This document shows, piece by piece, positions 1 through 10,557 of a stretch of DNA of 64,000 nt. This DNA is from an uncultured delta proteobacterium (GTDB taxonomy: Bacteria; Desulfobacterota; Binatia; UBA9968): contig CAWJZV010000017.1 of the NCBI GenBank assembly GCA_963847445.1, positions 64,001 to 128,000 on the forward strand, given 5' to 3'. The translations under genes were made by a program, and so were the position numbers. Within the stretch, counting starts at the first letter, position 1. Each line of letters opens with the position of its first letter. Under the pieces are notes generated by a model. That model was not told where the DNA came from, made no database searches, and saw nothing but the letters and a program-made list of their open reading frames with translations.

Positions 1-1
1 T

Positions 2-2284
2 CGCGGAGTATGGATACCCAAGGAAGATTCGGTTGCAGGCTACAAAAAGGGCAAACTCAAGTTCGATCTCAAGGGAGAAAAACTCAGAGGCGGTTGGACC
101 TTGGTAAAAAGTCACGGCGGCAGGTACGGCGCTAACGCGTGGTTATTGTTCAAAGAGGATGATGAGTACGCGCGCACAGGTCCGGAGGCGCGCGTTGTCG
201 ATATCCGCCCCGATAGTGTGACGACGCAGCGCAGCCTGGAGCAGATCGCCGCCGATCCCGAGCGGGTCTGGCATTCCAATAGAACCGTTGCCGCAAACAT
301 CAAAAAGGGAGCAGTCAAGAAGGCCAAAACGAAGATCGATCCATCGAAGATACCAGCCGCGCGAAAGGCGCTCCTGGCGAATTCCGTTGACGTTCAGCTT
401 GCGACATCGGCAACAGTCGCGCCCGAAGGCGAGGGCTGGATCCACGAGATCAAGTATGACGGCTATCGAATGCTTTGCCGGTTAAACGCCGGAACGGTTC
501 GAATCTATTCGCGAAATCGCAAAGAGTGGACTGCCGACTTTCCAAGCGTGGCGAGAGCGTTGGCCGATCTGCCCATAGAGTCGGCATGGATCGACGGCGA
601 AGTTGTTAGCATGGACGCCAAAGGGCGCTTCGGCTTCCAAGCGCTTCAGCAAGCGCTGTCAACGGGCACCGGCGAAGTCGTCTACTACGCTTTCGACTTG
701 TTGTATCTAAACGGCTACGACCTACGGGGTGTTACTTTGCAAGAACGAAAAACCCTCCTTAAGAGTCTTGTACCGGCGGCCGGTACCATTCGTTATAGCG
801 ACGATTTCGCTGTGTCCGGCGCGGAGTTTTTTGCCCATGTCTGCAAACTGGGGCTCGAGGGAATGATTTCGAAGCGCGTCGATTCAACCTATCAGGGCAC
901 GCGAGCGGCCACATGGCTCAAGGTAAAGTGCGCCCGTCGGCAGGAAATGGTCATCGGTGGATTCACGGATCCCGAGGGTTCGCGGCAAGGCTTCGGTGCG
1001 CTGTTGCTGGGCGTCTATGACGCCCAAGGCAATCTGCGTTATTCCGGCAAGGTCGGCACCGGCTTCAATGATGCCGTGCTGGTAACGTTGCGCCGCGACC
1101 TCGAAAAATTGGTTCGAGACAAGCCCGCTTTCATAAACCCACCCCGCGGCGCCGAGGCTCGCCGTGCCCATTGGGTAACGCCCGAGCTGGTCGCCGAAGT
1201 CACGTTCACCGAGTGGACTGACGACGGAACTCTGCGTCATGCATCTTTCCAGGGGTTGCGCAAAGATAAGCGAGCGCGCGACGTAGTGCGGGAAGAGCCA
1301 TCCCCCACCCCCAGCATCGCTCAAAGCAATTCTCAGTCGCCAGATAAATCATCACGCAAGACGAAGCCATCTCCGGCAAAGGGCGATAAAAATACCATTG
1401 CAGGAATTAAAATCTCTCACCCTGACAAGCTGCTTTACCCGGAAGCCGAAATTAGCAAACGTGATCTTGCGCTCTATTACGAAGCGATTGGCGAGTGGAT
1501 CGTCCCGCATTTGCGCAATCGCCCCTTGACGTTAGTGAGATGCCCCGACGGCTGGAACAAGGAGTGTTTTTATCAGAAGCATGCCGCTGCCGGTGTTGAT
1601 CAGGCGATCGAACGAGTGACGGTCCAGGACAGCGACGGTCCGGCGTTGTATATGATGGCCAACTCGGTGCGCGCTGTGGTCGCGGTGCTCCAAATGGGGA
1701 CGCTGGAACTTCATCCTTGGGGCGCGCGCACACCAAAGCTGGGATTTCCCGACCGCATGGTTTTTGATCTCGACCCTGACGAAGCACTCGGCTGGAAAGA
1801 AATTGCCAATGCAGCGACTGTTGTAAAAACCTTGCTCGATAACCTTGGCTTGCGGGGGTTTCTAAAGACCACCGGCGGGAAAGGTTTGCACGTCGTGGTG
1901 CCAATTCAACCCACTGTGCCGTGGGAGCACATCAAAGGCTTTACCAAGGCTATCGCCGAGTTACTGGCGCAAACATTTCCGGATCGATTTACCGCGAAGC
2001 TGCTTAAAGTCTCCCGCCATGGCAAGATATATATCGATTATTTGCGCAACGGCGAGGGCGCCACAGCGGTCGCGCCTTATTCGCTACGCGCTAAAGCCAA
2101 CGCGCCGGTGTCGACACCGATTAGCTGGCCGGAGCTCGCACGGGATTTACGCTTCGATTATTTCAACGTGAAGAATGTTCCGGCGCGGTTGAAGCGTTTA
2201 AAACGCGATCCCTGGGCGGAGTTTATGAAGACACGACAAACTGTCAGCAAGGCGATCATGAAAAAAGTCGGCTACACGATGTAG
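2..2284 (+). CDS. ligD: DNA ligase D (NHEJ; phosphoesterase tail + ATP-dependent ligase + polymerase), 5' end outside window
   Basis: Frame is open from nt 2 (RGVWIPKED..GKLKFDLKGEKLRGGWTLVK, PE domain end); ligase motif EIKYDGYR; polymerase motifs FDLDP, KTTGGKGLH, DYLRN. Confidence 0.95.
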   Translation, partial: RGVWIPKEDSVAGYKKGKLKFDLKGEKLRGGWTLVKSHGGRYGANAWLLFKEDDEYARTGPEARVVDIRPDSVTTQRSLEQIAADPERVWHSNRTVAANIKKGAVKKAKTKIDPSKIPAARKALLANSVDVQLATSATVAPEGEGWIHEIKYDGYRMLCRLNAGTVRIYSRNRKEWTADFPSVARALADLPIESAWIDGEVVSMDAKGRFGFQALQQALSTGTGEVVYYAFDLLYLNGYDLRGVTLQERKTLLKSLVPAAGTIRYSDDFAVSGAEFFAHVCKLGLEGMISKRVDSTYQGTRAATWLKVKCARRQEMVIGGFTDPEGSRQGFGALLLGVYDAQGNLRYSGKVGTGFNDAVLVTLRRDLEKLVRDKPAFINPPRGAEARRAHWVTPELVAEVTFTEWTDDGTLRHASFQGLRKDKRARDVVREEPSPTPSIAQSNSQSPDKSSRKTKPSPAKGDKNTIAGIKISHPDKLLYPEAEISKRDLALYYEAIGEWIVPHLRNRPLTLVRCPDGWNKECFYQKHAAAGVDQAIERVTVQDSDGPALYMMANSVRAVVAVLQMGTLELHPWGARTPKLGFPDRMVFDLDPDEALGWKEIANAATVVKTLLDNLGLRGFLKTTGGKGLHVVVPIQPTVPWEHIKGFTKAIAELLAQTFPDRFTAKLLKVSRHGKIYIDYLRNGEGATAVAPYSLRAKANAPVSTPISWPELARDLRFDYFNVKNVPARLKRLKRDPWAEFMKTRQTVSKAIMKKVGYTM

Positions 2285-2614
2285 CGCCTCACGGGCTCAG
2301 GCAAGGCCGTATGGGCGGCTCCGATACGACAACGCTATGGTGGCAAGCCCGTGCACTCACCGAGAGACAAATTAACTAACGTATTTATCGGCAAAAGAAT
2401 CGGCGGATCCGACCGTCGAGCGTTATCGCCTGGGTAGTCGCTGATGAATGATCTCGCGGAATATAGCCTGCGATAGACTAATCGGTTCCGTCCTGCCAAA
2501 TCTGCTTCGACCCTTTGGTCGAGAGACTCGACGCTTTTAACGAGCCGTTTCTCGGTTTCGGTCTGACATCCTCAAGAAGCTCGCGGAAACACAGCCGTTC
2601 CCTCATCGGAACAT

Positions 2615-2631
2615 CCGGCACAGATAATGCT
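2615..2631 (+). promoter_or_regulatory. putative sigma54 (-24/-12) promoter
   Basis: CCGGCACAGATAATGCT: GG-N10-GC with GGCAC core, ~46 nt upstream of the RBS/ATG at 2677. Confidence 0.55.
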
Positions 2632-2676
2632 TTTACAAAGGGGGAAGGACTAAACAGACAAACCAAAGGAGAGACT

Positions 2677-2757
2677 ATGGATACTATACTGATCGTTATA
2701 CTCGTGTTGTTTTTGGTCGGTGGCGGTGGCTGGGGATATTCTCGTTGGCGCCGGTAA
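2677..2757 (+). CDS. 26-aa single-TM microprotein (DUF3309-like)
   Basis: AAGGAG RBS; MDTILIVILVLFLVGGGGWGYSRWRR: hydrophobic helix, Gly run, basic tail. Confidence 0.75.
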   Translation: MDTILIVILVLFLVGGGGWGYSRWRR

Positions 2758-2815
2758 CGCCCGCCGGAGCACAAATCACGTCGCAACAAACCGCGTCGAA
2801 AGATTCGGAGAATTT

Positions 2816-3043
2816 ATGACTAAGCAAATCGACATCCACGGCCAGCGCGTCCAACTCTATAGTCCAGACAAAGGCCGTACCTGGTCGAGCAGCCCGCAAT
2901 CAATCATTGCCTATCGACAAAGGAAGACGATGCTGCGCTTGGAATTACAAAAAAGGTTTGAACGCATCGACGACGGGATGCAGGACCCCGATCCTAATTA
3001 TATCGGCGCGCTTGAGGTCCCAAGGAACTTCATCGGACGGTGA
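2816..3043 (+). CDS. hypothetical protein (75 aa)
   Basis: GGAG RBS before ATG 2816; co-oriented with neighbours. Confidence 0.55.
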   Translation: MTKQIDIHGQRVQLYSPDKGRTWSSSPQSIIAYRQRKTMLRLELQKRFERIDDGMQDPDPNYIGALEVPRNFIGR

Positions 3044-3141
3044 GACAACAGCTGAGATCCATTCGCATGCCTTCATTGAGGGATGTTATGCGCCTGAGCT
3101 CAATGGTGAATCCGATAACGCGCAAGAAAGGAGTAACTGAC

Positions 3142-3216
3142 ATGAATAGTATTATCTACGTTGTCGGTCTTGTGGTGGTGGTGCTCTTCGTTGCCGGCTA
3201 TCTCGGACTGAGGTAG
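3142..3216 (+). CDS. 24-aa single-TM microprotein
   Basis: AAGGAG RBS; MNSIIYVVGLVVVVLFVAGYLGLR; absent from the ORF track. Confidence 0.75.
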   Translation: MNSIIYVVGLVVVVLFVAGYLGLR

Positions 3217-3351
3217 CCCTGGCGCGTAGTTCAGGACTCCCCGAATATCTTTTTCAAACCTGTCTGAAGTCGGTCAGCAATCCTCGCGACTCAGCACAAG
3301 CGTCTGAAAGCCAAAAGAATAACTACAAATCAACTAATGGAGGACAATCTA

Positions 3352-3882
3352 ATGAACGAAGATGTTTTTGCCGGGCAATGGAAGCAAATGCGCGGCGAAC
3401 TTAAATCGTGGTGGAGCCAACTCGCCGATGATGAGTTGGACTTGATCGGCGGTCATAAAGACAAGCTGATCGGTTTAGTGCAGGAGAGATACGGCTATGC
3501 TCGCGAACATGCCGAGCAAGAGGTGGAGCGGCGCTTTAAGGAGTTTAGCGATAAAACGAGCGGGGCCGTCGCCAGCATCACGGCCAAAGCGCAGGAGTTC
3601 GGCGCGACGGCCGGGAACAAGGCGAATGATGCCGCCACCGTCGTTGGTGAAAAAATCGGATCCCTGGCTCATGTAATCCGGGAAAATGCCCCGCACGACG
3701 GCGCGGTGGCAACGGCGGCAACAGCGGTTGTGGACGGGCTGGAATCGGCGAGCTCTTACCTGCGCGAGAAAAAATTCGACCATCTGGCCAAAGATGTCAC
3801 GGACTTAGTCCGCACCTATCCGGTCCAATCTCTGCTGATCGGTATTGGTCTCGGCTATTTGCTGGCCCGGCGCCCGAGATAA
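3352..3882 (+). CDS. CsbD-family stress protein with ElaB/DUF883-like C-terminal anchor
   Basis: MNEDVFAGQWKQMRGELKSWW..L.DDELD.IGG.KDKLIG.VQERYG; C-terminal P.QSLLIGIGLGYLLARR; GGAGG RBS. Confidence 0.85.
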   Translation: MNEDVFAGQWKQMRGELKSWWSQLADDELDLIGGHKDKLIGLVQERYGYAREHAEQEVERRFKEFSDKTSGAVASITAKAQEFGATAGNKANDAATVVGEKIGSLAHVIRENAPHDGAVATAATAVVDGLESASSYLREKKFDHLAKDVTDLVRTYPVQSLLIGIGLGYLLARRPR

Positions 3883-3885
3883 GTC

Positions 3886-4305
3886 ATGGAAAACGGATCG
3901 CAATACCGCGCACAGGAAAGTTTCGTATCGTTGCTAGGCGGCATCGCTTACGATGCGAAGGAGTTACTGCTGCAAGAGGTGGCACTGACGAAACGCGAGC
4001 TGCAGTACGAGCTGCACAAAGCTAAAACCGCCGCGATCGCACTGGGGAGCGCAATCGGGATTATCGCCACCGGCGGGATATTACTGATGCTCGCGCTGGT
4101 TCACCTGCTCGACGCTTTTACAGTGGTGCCGCTCTGGGGGTGCTACGGGATCGTCGCGACTGTCCTCGTCGTCCTCGGCGCGGTGCTGCTCGTCGCGGCT
4201 AAAACTAAGGCAGAGGCACTAGAGGTGGTCCCTCAGCCAACAGTGGTGAGGATGAAGGAGAACGCACGATGGCTGACAAAGCAGACGACATCCGACAAGA
4301 GCTAG
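3886..4305 (+). CDS. holin-like (DUF1469/phage_holin_3_6) membrane protein
   Basis: L..QEVAL.K.EL motif, two TM helices, P..TV..MKE...W tail; typical partner of CsbD/DUF3618. Confidence 0.75.
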   Translation: MENGSQYRAQESFVSLLGGIAYDAKELLLQEVALTKRELQYELHKAKTAAIALGSAIGIIATGGILLMLALVHLLDAFTVVPLWGCYGIVATVLVVLGAVLLVAAKTKAEALEVVPQPTVVRMKENARWLTKQTTSDKS

Positions 4306-4790
4306 AAAAAGACCGTCAAGATATCGCGGCTACCCGTTCGGCGCTTACGGAGAAGCTGGGGGTCCTGGGCGACCGCGTTCAGGAGACCGTCGACGAGGTG
4401 AAGCAAACCTTCGATCTGCGTTATCAGGTGAAACAGCGACCGTGGCTCATGTTTGGCGGGTCACTGCTGGTGGGCTACGCGCTCGGTCGCCGCGGTGCGC
4501 CAAGAACCACAGCCGATAGGTCAAAGGCGCCGCCGTCTTCGAACGCGCAGCCGCAGAAAAGTATCGTGAGCGCAATCAGCACTCAGTTTACGGACGAGCT
4601 TTCCACGATCAAAGGGGCAGCCTTTGGAGCGGTGATAAGCACGCTCTGGGCGATGGCCAAACAGATGCTGCCGCAACCGGTCCGACAAATCGATAGCGCG
4701 ATCGCCAAGCCCGGCGTTCAACCAATCGATAGCTCACGGCAAATCACCGATCGAGGTAGCCCTTCGATGACCAACGGGCACGATCCGTAG
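4269..4790 (+). CDS. DUF3618-like protein
   Basis: DI..TRS.L.EKL..L.DRV N-terminus, PWLMFGGSLLVGYALG; overlaps upstream gene. Confidence 0.7.
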   Translation: MADKADDIRQELEKDRQDIAATRSALTEKLGVLGDRVQETVDEVKQTFDLRYQVKQRPWLMFGGSLLVGYALGRRGAPRTTADRSKAPPSSNAQPQKSIVSAISTQFTDELSTIKGAAFGAVISTLWAMAKQMLPQPVRQIDSAIAKPGVQPIDSSRQITDRGSPSMTNGHDP

Positions 4791-4868
4791 ATAAGGAGGT
4801 CACACGAAGTCAGCAGCTTCGGGAAAACTTAGCAATGAAAATACCAACCAATGAAAGAAAGAGGATTT

Positions 4869-5261
4869 ATGAGAATAGCTCTAGGTTTAGTTCTCGCGTT
4901 TCTAGTCGTCGGGTGTTCCAAAACTGAGCAGTCTAATACGGAACAGCCCAGCCAACCCGCCGTTGTCGCGGCTGATAATAGCGGCCGTAACGAGCGAGAC
5001 CGTAACGACGCGACCAAGACCGCAGGCGATCAAGCTGAGAATGAGGCGGATCGGACGATCTCACAGAACATCCGGCAGGCTATTGGCAAGGATGACTCGG
5101 TCTCGACGAACGGCAAGAACGCCAAGATCATCACGGTCGATGGCATCGTAACGCTACGCGGACCGGTGCAGAGTGAGAAAGAGAAAACTAACATCGGCGC
5201 CAAAGCCCAGCAAATCGCCGGTGTAAAAAGCGTCGATAACCAATTGGAGATTGCCAACTAA
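4869..5261 (+). CDS. BON-domain lipoprotein
   Basis: Lipobox VVGC; D..I...IR.AI..DD..S...KN.KIITVDG.VTLRGPV....EK..I...A. Confidence 0.88.
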   Translation: MRIALGLVLAFLVVGCSKTEQSNTEQPSQPAVVAADNSGRNERDRNDATKTAGDQAENEADRTISQNIRQAIGKDDSVSTNGKNAKIITVDGIVTLRGPVQSEKEKTNIGAKAQQIAGVKSVDNQLEIAN

Positions 5262-5277
5262 TTTAAAGGAGATGACC

Positions 5278-5832
5278 ATGTCTAAATCAGTTATTTGCTT
5301 ATGTGACAATGAATTCCAAACCAATATGATAGTCGAAAAGCTCAAGGGTGCGGGCTTTTCCAACAACGATATCTCGGTCTTGTTCCCCGATAAGTCGGGA
5401 ACCAAGGATTTTGCCCACGAACAGAATACCAAGCTACCGGAGGGTGCCGCCACCGGAGCAGGCACCGGCGGGGTGCTAGGCGCTGGTTTGGGCTGGCTAG
5501 TGGGTATTGGCGCCTTGGCGATTCCCGGCGTCGGCCCCTTTATTGCCGCGGGTCCGATCATGGCTGCTCTAGCAGGTGCCGGTGTCGGCGCAGCCGTCGG
5601 CGGGTTGAGCGGAGCGTTAGTCGGCATGGGCATCCCCGAGTACGAGGCCAAACGCTACGAGGGAAAAATCAAAGAGGGCAGCATTCTGATCTCGGTGCAC
5701 TCGGAAGATAGCGATGAAGTTAAGCGCGCTAAGGAGATTTTTGAAAAATCCGGCGCGCACGACATTTCGTCTACCGGAGAAAGCAGCGTGCCCAAAGCGG
5801 ACGATGAAAGCCGGGAACACCGCGTGTCGTAG
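5278..5832 (+). CDS. general stress membrane protein (Gly-zipper, DUF3341/17M-like)
   Basis: EGAATGAGTGGVLGAGLGWL.GIGALAIPGVGPFIAAGP..GMGIPEYEAKRYEG. Confidence 0.82.
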   Translation: MSKSVICLCDNEFQTNMIVEKLKGAGFSNNDISVLFPDKSGTKDFAHEQNTKLPEGAATGAGTGGVLGAGLGWLVGIGALAIPGVGPFIAAGPIMAALAGAGVGAAVGGLSGALVGMGIPEYEAKRYEGKIKEGSILISVHSEDSDEVKRAKEIFEKSGAHDISSTGESSVPKADDESREHRVS

Positions 5833-5899
5833 ACCGCCGCATGCAGGTTGCGGGTCCGTCGTCAGATGGGCGGACTCGCAACGTTTTTAGGAGAGAATT

Positions 5900-6022
5900 A
5901 TGAAGATTTTACCGAAGATCATTGCAAACGAGACGGGCGCGATAGGTTGGGTCCTATTATGGGCGATCGGCATTCCCATACCGATATTACTCGTGTTGTT
6001 CATGGTGCGCGGTTGTACGTAA
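5900..6022 (+). CDS. 40-aa membrane microprotein
   Basis: AGGAG RBS; MKILPKIIANETGAIGWVLLWAIGIPIPILLVLFMVRGCT; absent from the ORF track. Confidence 0.7.
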   Translation: MKILPKIIANETGAIGWVLLWAIGIPIPILLVLFMVRGCT

Positions 6023-6232
6023 TCATCAATTATGCGCGTCGATCGCGGGCCTTGCTCGTAGCGAAATTAAAATTGACTGACAACTCACGAACATTGCGCA
6101 TTCTAGTCGCCTTCTGCGCGACAAATACACCGCTTCATCGCCGGTGTTCGGTCGGGTATCCTCGCGACAAATGTGCGTAAGCGCGAAAGCGATACGCTGA
6201 GGGACGGCCGTTTTCATTAGACGAATCTCCCC

Positions 6233-7300
6233 ATGTTCAAAGTCACGCTGATCGCTCTTGGCACGTTCTTCATTGCTGTCACGGTTTTACCTTTGATACG
6301 CTCAGGTAACGCCTGGATCCGTATGTTGGATTTTCCACGCGCGCACATTGCCATCGGCGGCGTTTGCGTCGCAGTGCTATACGGTCTCTTTGTCTGGGAC
6401 ATTAAAAACGGCGCGGAGAGCGTGATGCTTGCGGGGTTGATCGCCTGCGTGCTGTACCAGGGGTACAAGATGTCTCCCTATACATTTCTCGCCTCTCGGC
6501 AGGTGCTGTCGAGCAACCGGCACAGCTCCGACGCCACTTTTAGTTTGCTCGTTTCTAACGTTCTGATGGAAAATCGCAACGCGACAAAATATTTGGAAAT
6601 TGTCAGAGAAGCGGACCCGGATATACTATTTGCCGCTGAAACCGACCGGTGGTGGACAGAGCAACTTGGCGTCCTCGATCAAACGTACCGCTACACAGTC
6701 AACTACCCGTTGGCAAACACCTATGGGATGATCTTGCGCTCCCGGCTAAAATTGATCGACCCGCAGATCAAGTTCCTCATCGAAGACGATGTGCCCTCCA
6801 TCCATACCGGTGTCGAGTTAACGTCAGGGGATCGTATCGTGTTGCACTGCTTACACCCGAGGCCTCCTCAGCCGGTGCAGGGTCAGGATTCCACCGAGCG
6901 GGATGCGGAACTGCTGGTTGTCGCGCGAGCAGTCGCAGAGTCGGACGAACCGGCTCTCGTCGCCGGAGACTTAAACGACGTCGCCTGGTCACACACGACG
7001 AAGCTGTTCCAAAAGATCAGCGGTCTCCTTGACCCGCGCATCGGCCGCGGCATGTACAATACTTTCAACGCCAAGAATCCTCTGTTCAGGTGGCCCCTCG
7101 ATCACGTTTTTCACTCCAGTCATTTCAGGTTGGTCAAACTCGAGCGGCTTCCGTTCTTTGGCTCCGATCATTTTTCCATCTACATCACGCTGAGCTATGA
7201 ACCGGAAGCGAAAGCGCAGCAGCCGGAGCCTGCCGCCGACAAGGAGGAGCGAGAGGAAGCGGCGGAGAAGATCGGCAAAGCGAAAAGCGAGGCGGTGTAG
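6233..7300 (+). CDS. endonuclease/exonuclease/phosphatase-family membrane protein
   Basis: N-terminal TMs; SNVL, AGDLNDVAWS, PLDHVF, GSDHF motifs. Confidence 0.88.
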   Translation: MFKVTLIALGTFFIAVTVLPLIRSGNAWIRMLDFPRAHIAIGGVCVAVLYGLFVWDIKNGAESVMLAGLIACVLYQGYKMSPYTFLASRQVLSSNRHSSDATFSLLVSNVLMENRNATKYLEIVREADPDILFAAETDRWWTEQLGVLDQTYRYTVNYPLANTYGMILRSRLKLIDPQIKFLIEDDVPSIHTGVELTSGDRIVLHCLHPRPPQPVQGQDSTERDAELLVVARAVAESDEPALVAGDLNDVAWSHTTKLFQKISGLLDPRIGRGMYNTFNAKNPLFRWPLDHVFHSSHFRLVKLERLPFFGSDHFSIYITLSYEPEAKAQQPEPAADKEEREEAAEKIGKAKSEAV

Positions 7301-7375
7301 TCTTCAGTCGCGGATACGGGGTGCGAGTTCCCAAAGTTATGAATCTATTTGAGCCTTTAATCATTCAAAGAAATA

Positions 7376-8365
7376 TTGCAGAACAGTCCCAGCCAAAGAG
7401 GGTCGACATCGGCCCAACCCATCGATAACGTTGTGACCAAGCCTTGCGCCCAGCCATTAGATAGCCCTGAGCAGAACCTCAGAAAAACCCTTAACTTAAA
7501 AGGGCTGGGGTTGCTCACGCGGGATGCTTTTTTTCAATGGATTGACGTTAACCCGTTTCAAATGGGCGCTGCCTTGGCTTACTTCACGCTATTCTCCATG
7601 GCGCCGGTTCTGTTGATCGCGATCGCAGTCGCCGGCTTAGTGTTCGGCCGCGAAGCTTCCCAAAACCAGATTATCGGCTTGATTGAGGATGTCGTTGGAG
7701 CACAGACCGCGGGGGCGATCCTGGCGATACTTGAAAGCGCCGGTCAAACGCCGGACTCCGGTTTTTTCGCCACCGTTATCGGCATGATTTTCTTGTTGCT
7801 AGGGGCCGCCGGCGTGGTCGGACAGCTGCAAGATTCGCTTAATACAATCTGGCAAGTCGTGCCCAAGGCCGGTCGCGGGATAATCGGCTTTTTGCAGGAT
7901 CGCTTGGTCTCCTATTCCATGGTCTTGAGTGTCGGCTTTTTGTTGCTCGTCTCATTGGTCGTCAGCGCGCTCTTAAGCGCGGTGTCGCAAATATTAGGCG
8001 GTTTTCTGCCGATCGAAGCGGCTACGGCGCACATACTGGATATCGTCATCTCGTTTGCGTTTATCACATTGCTCTTCGCGGTAATCTACAAATTCGTGCC
8101 TAACGTCCGGATCGCTTGGGGAGATGTCTGGATCGGCGCGGCGACGGCCGCATTGCTATTTTCGCTGGGCAAATTCTTGATCGGCTTTTATCTAGGCCAT
8201 AGCACGGTCACATCGATCTATGGCGCCGCCGGATCACTCGTTACACTCTTGTTGTGGGTCTACTATTCATCATTGATATTTTTCTTCGGCGCCGAGTTGA
8301 ACCAAGTCTACGCGCACCGGTACGGTTCGAAAATTACCTCCGCGGAAAACGCTCAAAAATCATGA
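7376..8365 (+). CDS. YihY/virulence factor BrkB family membrane protein
   Basis: GAALAYFTLFS.AP, LQDSLNTIW, YGAAGSLV.LLLWVYYS..IFFFGAE; start uncertain. Confidence 0.9.
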   Translation: MQNSPSQRGSTSAQPIDNVVTKPCAQPLDSPEQNLRKTLNLKGLGLLTRDAFFQWIDVNPFQMGAALAYFTLFSMAPVLLIAIAVAGLVFGREASQNQIIGLIEDVVGAQTAGAILAILESAGQTPDSGFFATVIGMIFLLLGAAGVVGQLQDSLNTIWQVVPKAGRGIIGFLQDRLVSYSMVLSVGFLLLVSLVVSALLSAVSQILGGFLPIEAATAHILDIVISFAFITLLFAVIYKFVPNVRIAWGDVWIGAATAALLFSLGKFLIGFYLGHSTVTSIYGAAGSLVTLLLWVYYSSLIFFFGAELNQVYAHRYGSKITSAENAQKS

Positions 8366-10109
8366 CTAATTCACCCGGCGAGTCAATCCCGGCAGTAGCG
8401 GTCGCAACATCGCGTTACTACCCACTCTGATCGGCATACGATCTTCGTTCTGATAGTTGCGTCGCTCTATTGGGCGCAAGCCGTCTTGATTCCGGTTGCC
8501 TTGGCGATGTTGCTGACCTTTTTGTTAAGTCCGGTTGCCGCCGCCCTTGAACGGATAGGACTTGGGCGGATTTCATCGGTCATCCTTGTCGCAGTTCTGA
8601 CTTTTTCCCTCCTCGGCGGCATCGGCTGGATCGTCACTCTTCAATTTGGCAGCCTGGCTAACGAGCTGCCCCAATACACCGGTAACTTGAGACAAAAAAT
8701 TGCCGACGTGCGCGGCGCGGCTAAGGGCGGTGCCTTAGAGAAGGTCCAACAGACCGTTGAGGCAGTGACGAGCGAGATTCAGCAAGGTGACGAGCCCGCT
8801 AAGGGCAAAGATCAGCGCCCTCCTGTCATCGTGGAGTCGATGGAATCCTTCACGTTTTGGCCCGTTCCATCGGCTATCGGGCCGATGTTGGAGCGGTTCG
8901 CCAGCGCCGGCCTCGTGATTGTGCTGGTGATCTTCATGCTCAGTCAGCGCGAAGACTTGCGCAACCGTTTGATCCGTCTCGTGGGATATGGCCGGTTGAC
9001 GTTTACGACCAGCGCGCTGGAAGAAGCCGGGCAGCGCATAAGCCGCTATTTGCTCATGCAGACAATCATCAACTCTTCTTTCGGACTAGCGGTGACTGTG
9101 GCGCTCTATATGATCGGTGTTCCCTACGCGGTGCTTTGGGGCTTTTTCGCGGCGGTGTTGCGTTTCATCCCGTATGTCGGGCCCTTCGCGGCTGCAATCG
9201 TGCCGAGCGCTCTTAGCTTGGCTGTTTTTGACGGTTGGCTATGGCCGATCCTGGTTGTCGGGATTTTCGTGGCTCTGGAACTCACCTGTAATATGGTTTT
9301 GGAGCCATTGCTTTATGCCGAGAGCGCCGGCGTTTCGGGGGTTGGACTTTTGGTCGCAGTCGCGTTCTGGACTTGGCTTTGGGGGCCGGTTGGTCTTGTC
9401 CTGGCCACCCCGCTCACGGTCTGTGTCGTCGTGTTCAGCAAGTACATCCCAAGGATGGATTTTATCGCGGTGCTGATGAGCGATCAGCCAGCCATGGAAT
9501 CAAACATCAGCTACTACCAGCGACTGTTAGCTCTGGACCAAGCTGAGGCGACGGAGATTGTCGAAGAACATCTCAAGACCCATGAACAGGAGCAAATTTT
9601 CGATGCGGTGCTGATTCCGGCGCTGAACTATGCTCGGAGAGACCGCGATCTCGGTAGGCTGACGGACGATGGCGAGCAATTCGTTTTCCGAGCGACAAGG
9701 GAGATCCTCGATGACCTGAAGAAATTGCCGCCCGACAGCTCGTCGGCGCCATCAGACCCAGAAAAAATCGCGCTGGACGGTAATGATTTGGCTGCCACGC
9801 TGGCGAAAGTCCGCGTCTTGGCGTGTCCTGCTCGCGACGAAGCCGACGAACTAGCTCTCGACATGTTTCGCCATCTGCTTGAGCCCACGAGATATGCAGT
9901 GGAAATTATGTCCGACTCTGATGCTTGCTTCCGAAGTCGTTGACCTTATTGGTGATCGCCGTCCAGCAATGATTCTTATCGTTACCGTCTCACCCGGCGG
10001 ACTAGGCCAGACACGTTATCTCTGCAAGCGCGCGAGCAAGCTTCCGGAGCAGTATCCGCGCGCCGGCACCGACAGGGTGGCACGACAATGCGCCGTCTTG
10101 TGCGGCTAA
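8362..10109 (+). CDS. AI-2E family transporter with C-terminal cytoplasmic extension (indels near 8430 and 9920; C-terminus possibly truncated)
   Basis: LYWAQAVLIPVALA.LL.FLL.P, RFIPYVGP, FWTWLWGP.GLVLATPLT; ATG overlaps yihY stop; continues in frame 9879..10109. Confidence 0.85.
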
Positions 10110-10348
10110 TTGCTCGAACATAATTCACATCGCTTCGAGCAGCACGGTTCCGTCAAGGATCAGAAATTTTATGATCTCTCACGCATTTATCATTTAATTT
10201 TATCAATCTGTTTTATTTCAGCCCGCACTTGATATCTAGGTCGACCATTTGGTCGTGTGCGTCGACCCGTTTGACGAGTCGTTTGTGGATTTCCCTCCGC
10301 GAGCGTCTGGAAGCTAGCGGAATCACTGCCTTTCCCACTTGGCAAACT

Positions 10349-10365
10349 CCGGCACAAATAGTGCT
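10349..10365 (+). promoter_or_regulatory. putative sigma54 promoter
   Basis: CCGGCACAAATAGTGCT, GG-N10-GC, 46 nt upstream of the entericidin ATG; nearly the same as the 2615 site. Confidence 0.55.
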
Positions 10366-10410
10366 CCACTTAGTGGGTGTAAAAACTAAGTGCAAACGAG
10401 GAGATTCACT

Positions 10411-10557
10411 ATGCGCTCGATAATCTTGGCAACGCTCATGCTCGTCCTGTTAGGCACGAACCTGGCCTGCAACACAATTCACGGATTTGGCCGAGACGTT
10501 GAGCGGGCCGGCGAAAAGACTCAGGACGCGGCCGACGCCGTGAAGAAGAAATTGTAG
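10411..10557 (+). CDS. entericidin EcnA/B-family lipoprotein (48 aa)
   Basis: GAGGAG RBS; MRSIILATLMLVLLGTNLAC-NTIHGFGRDVERAGEKTQDAA (lipobox + NT..G.G.D....GE); absent from the ORF track. Confidence 0.9.
   Translation: MRSIILATLMLVLLGTNLACNTIHGFGRDVERAGEKTQDAADAVKKKL

Noticed and set aside
3886-4305. Prophage holin
   Set aside because: The family name is misleading: the context is CsbD/DUF3618 stress genes and there are no phage genes.
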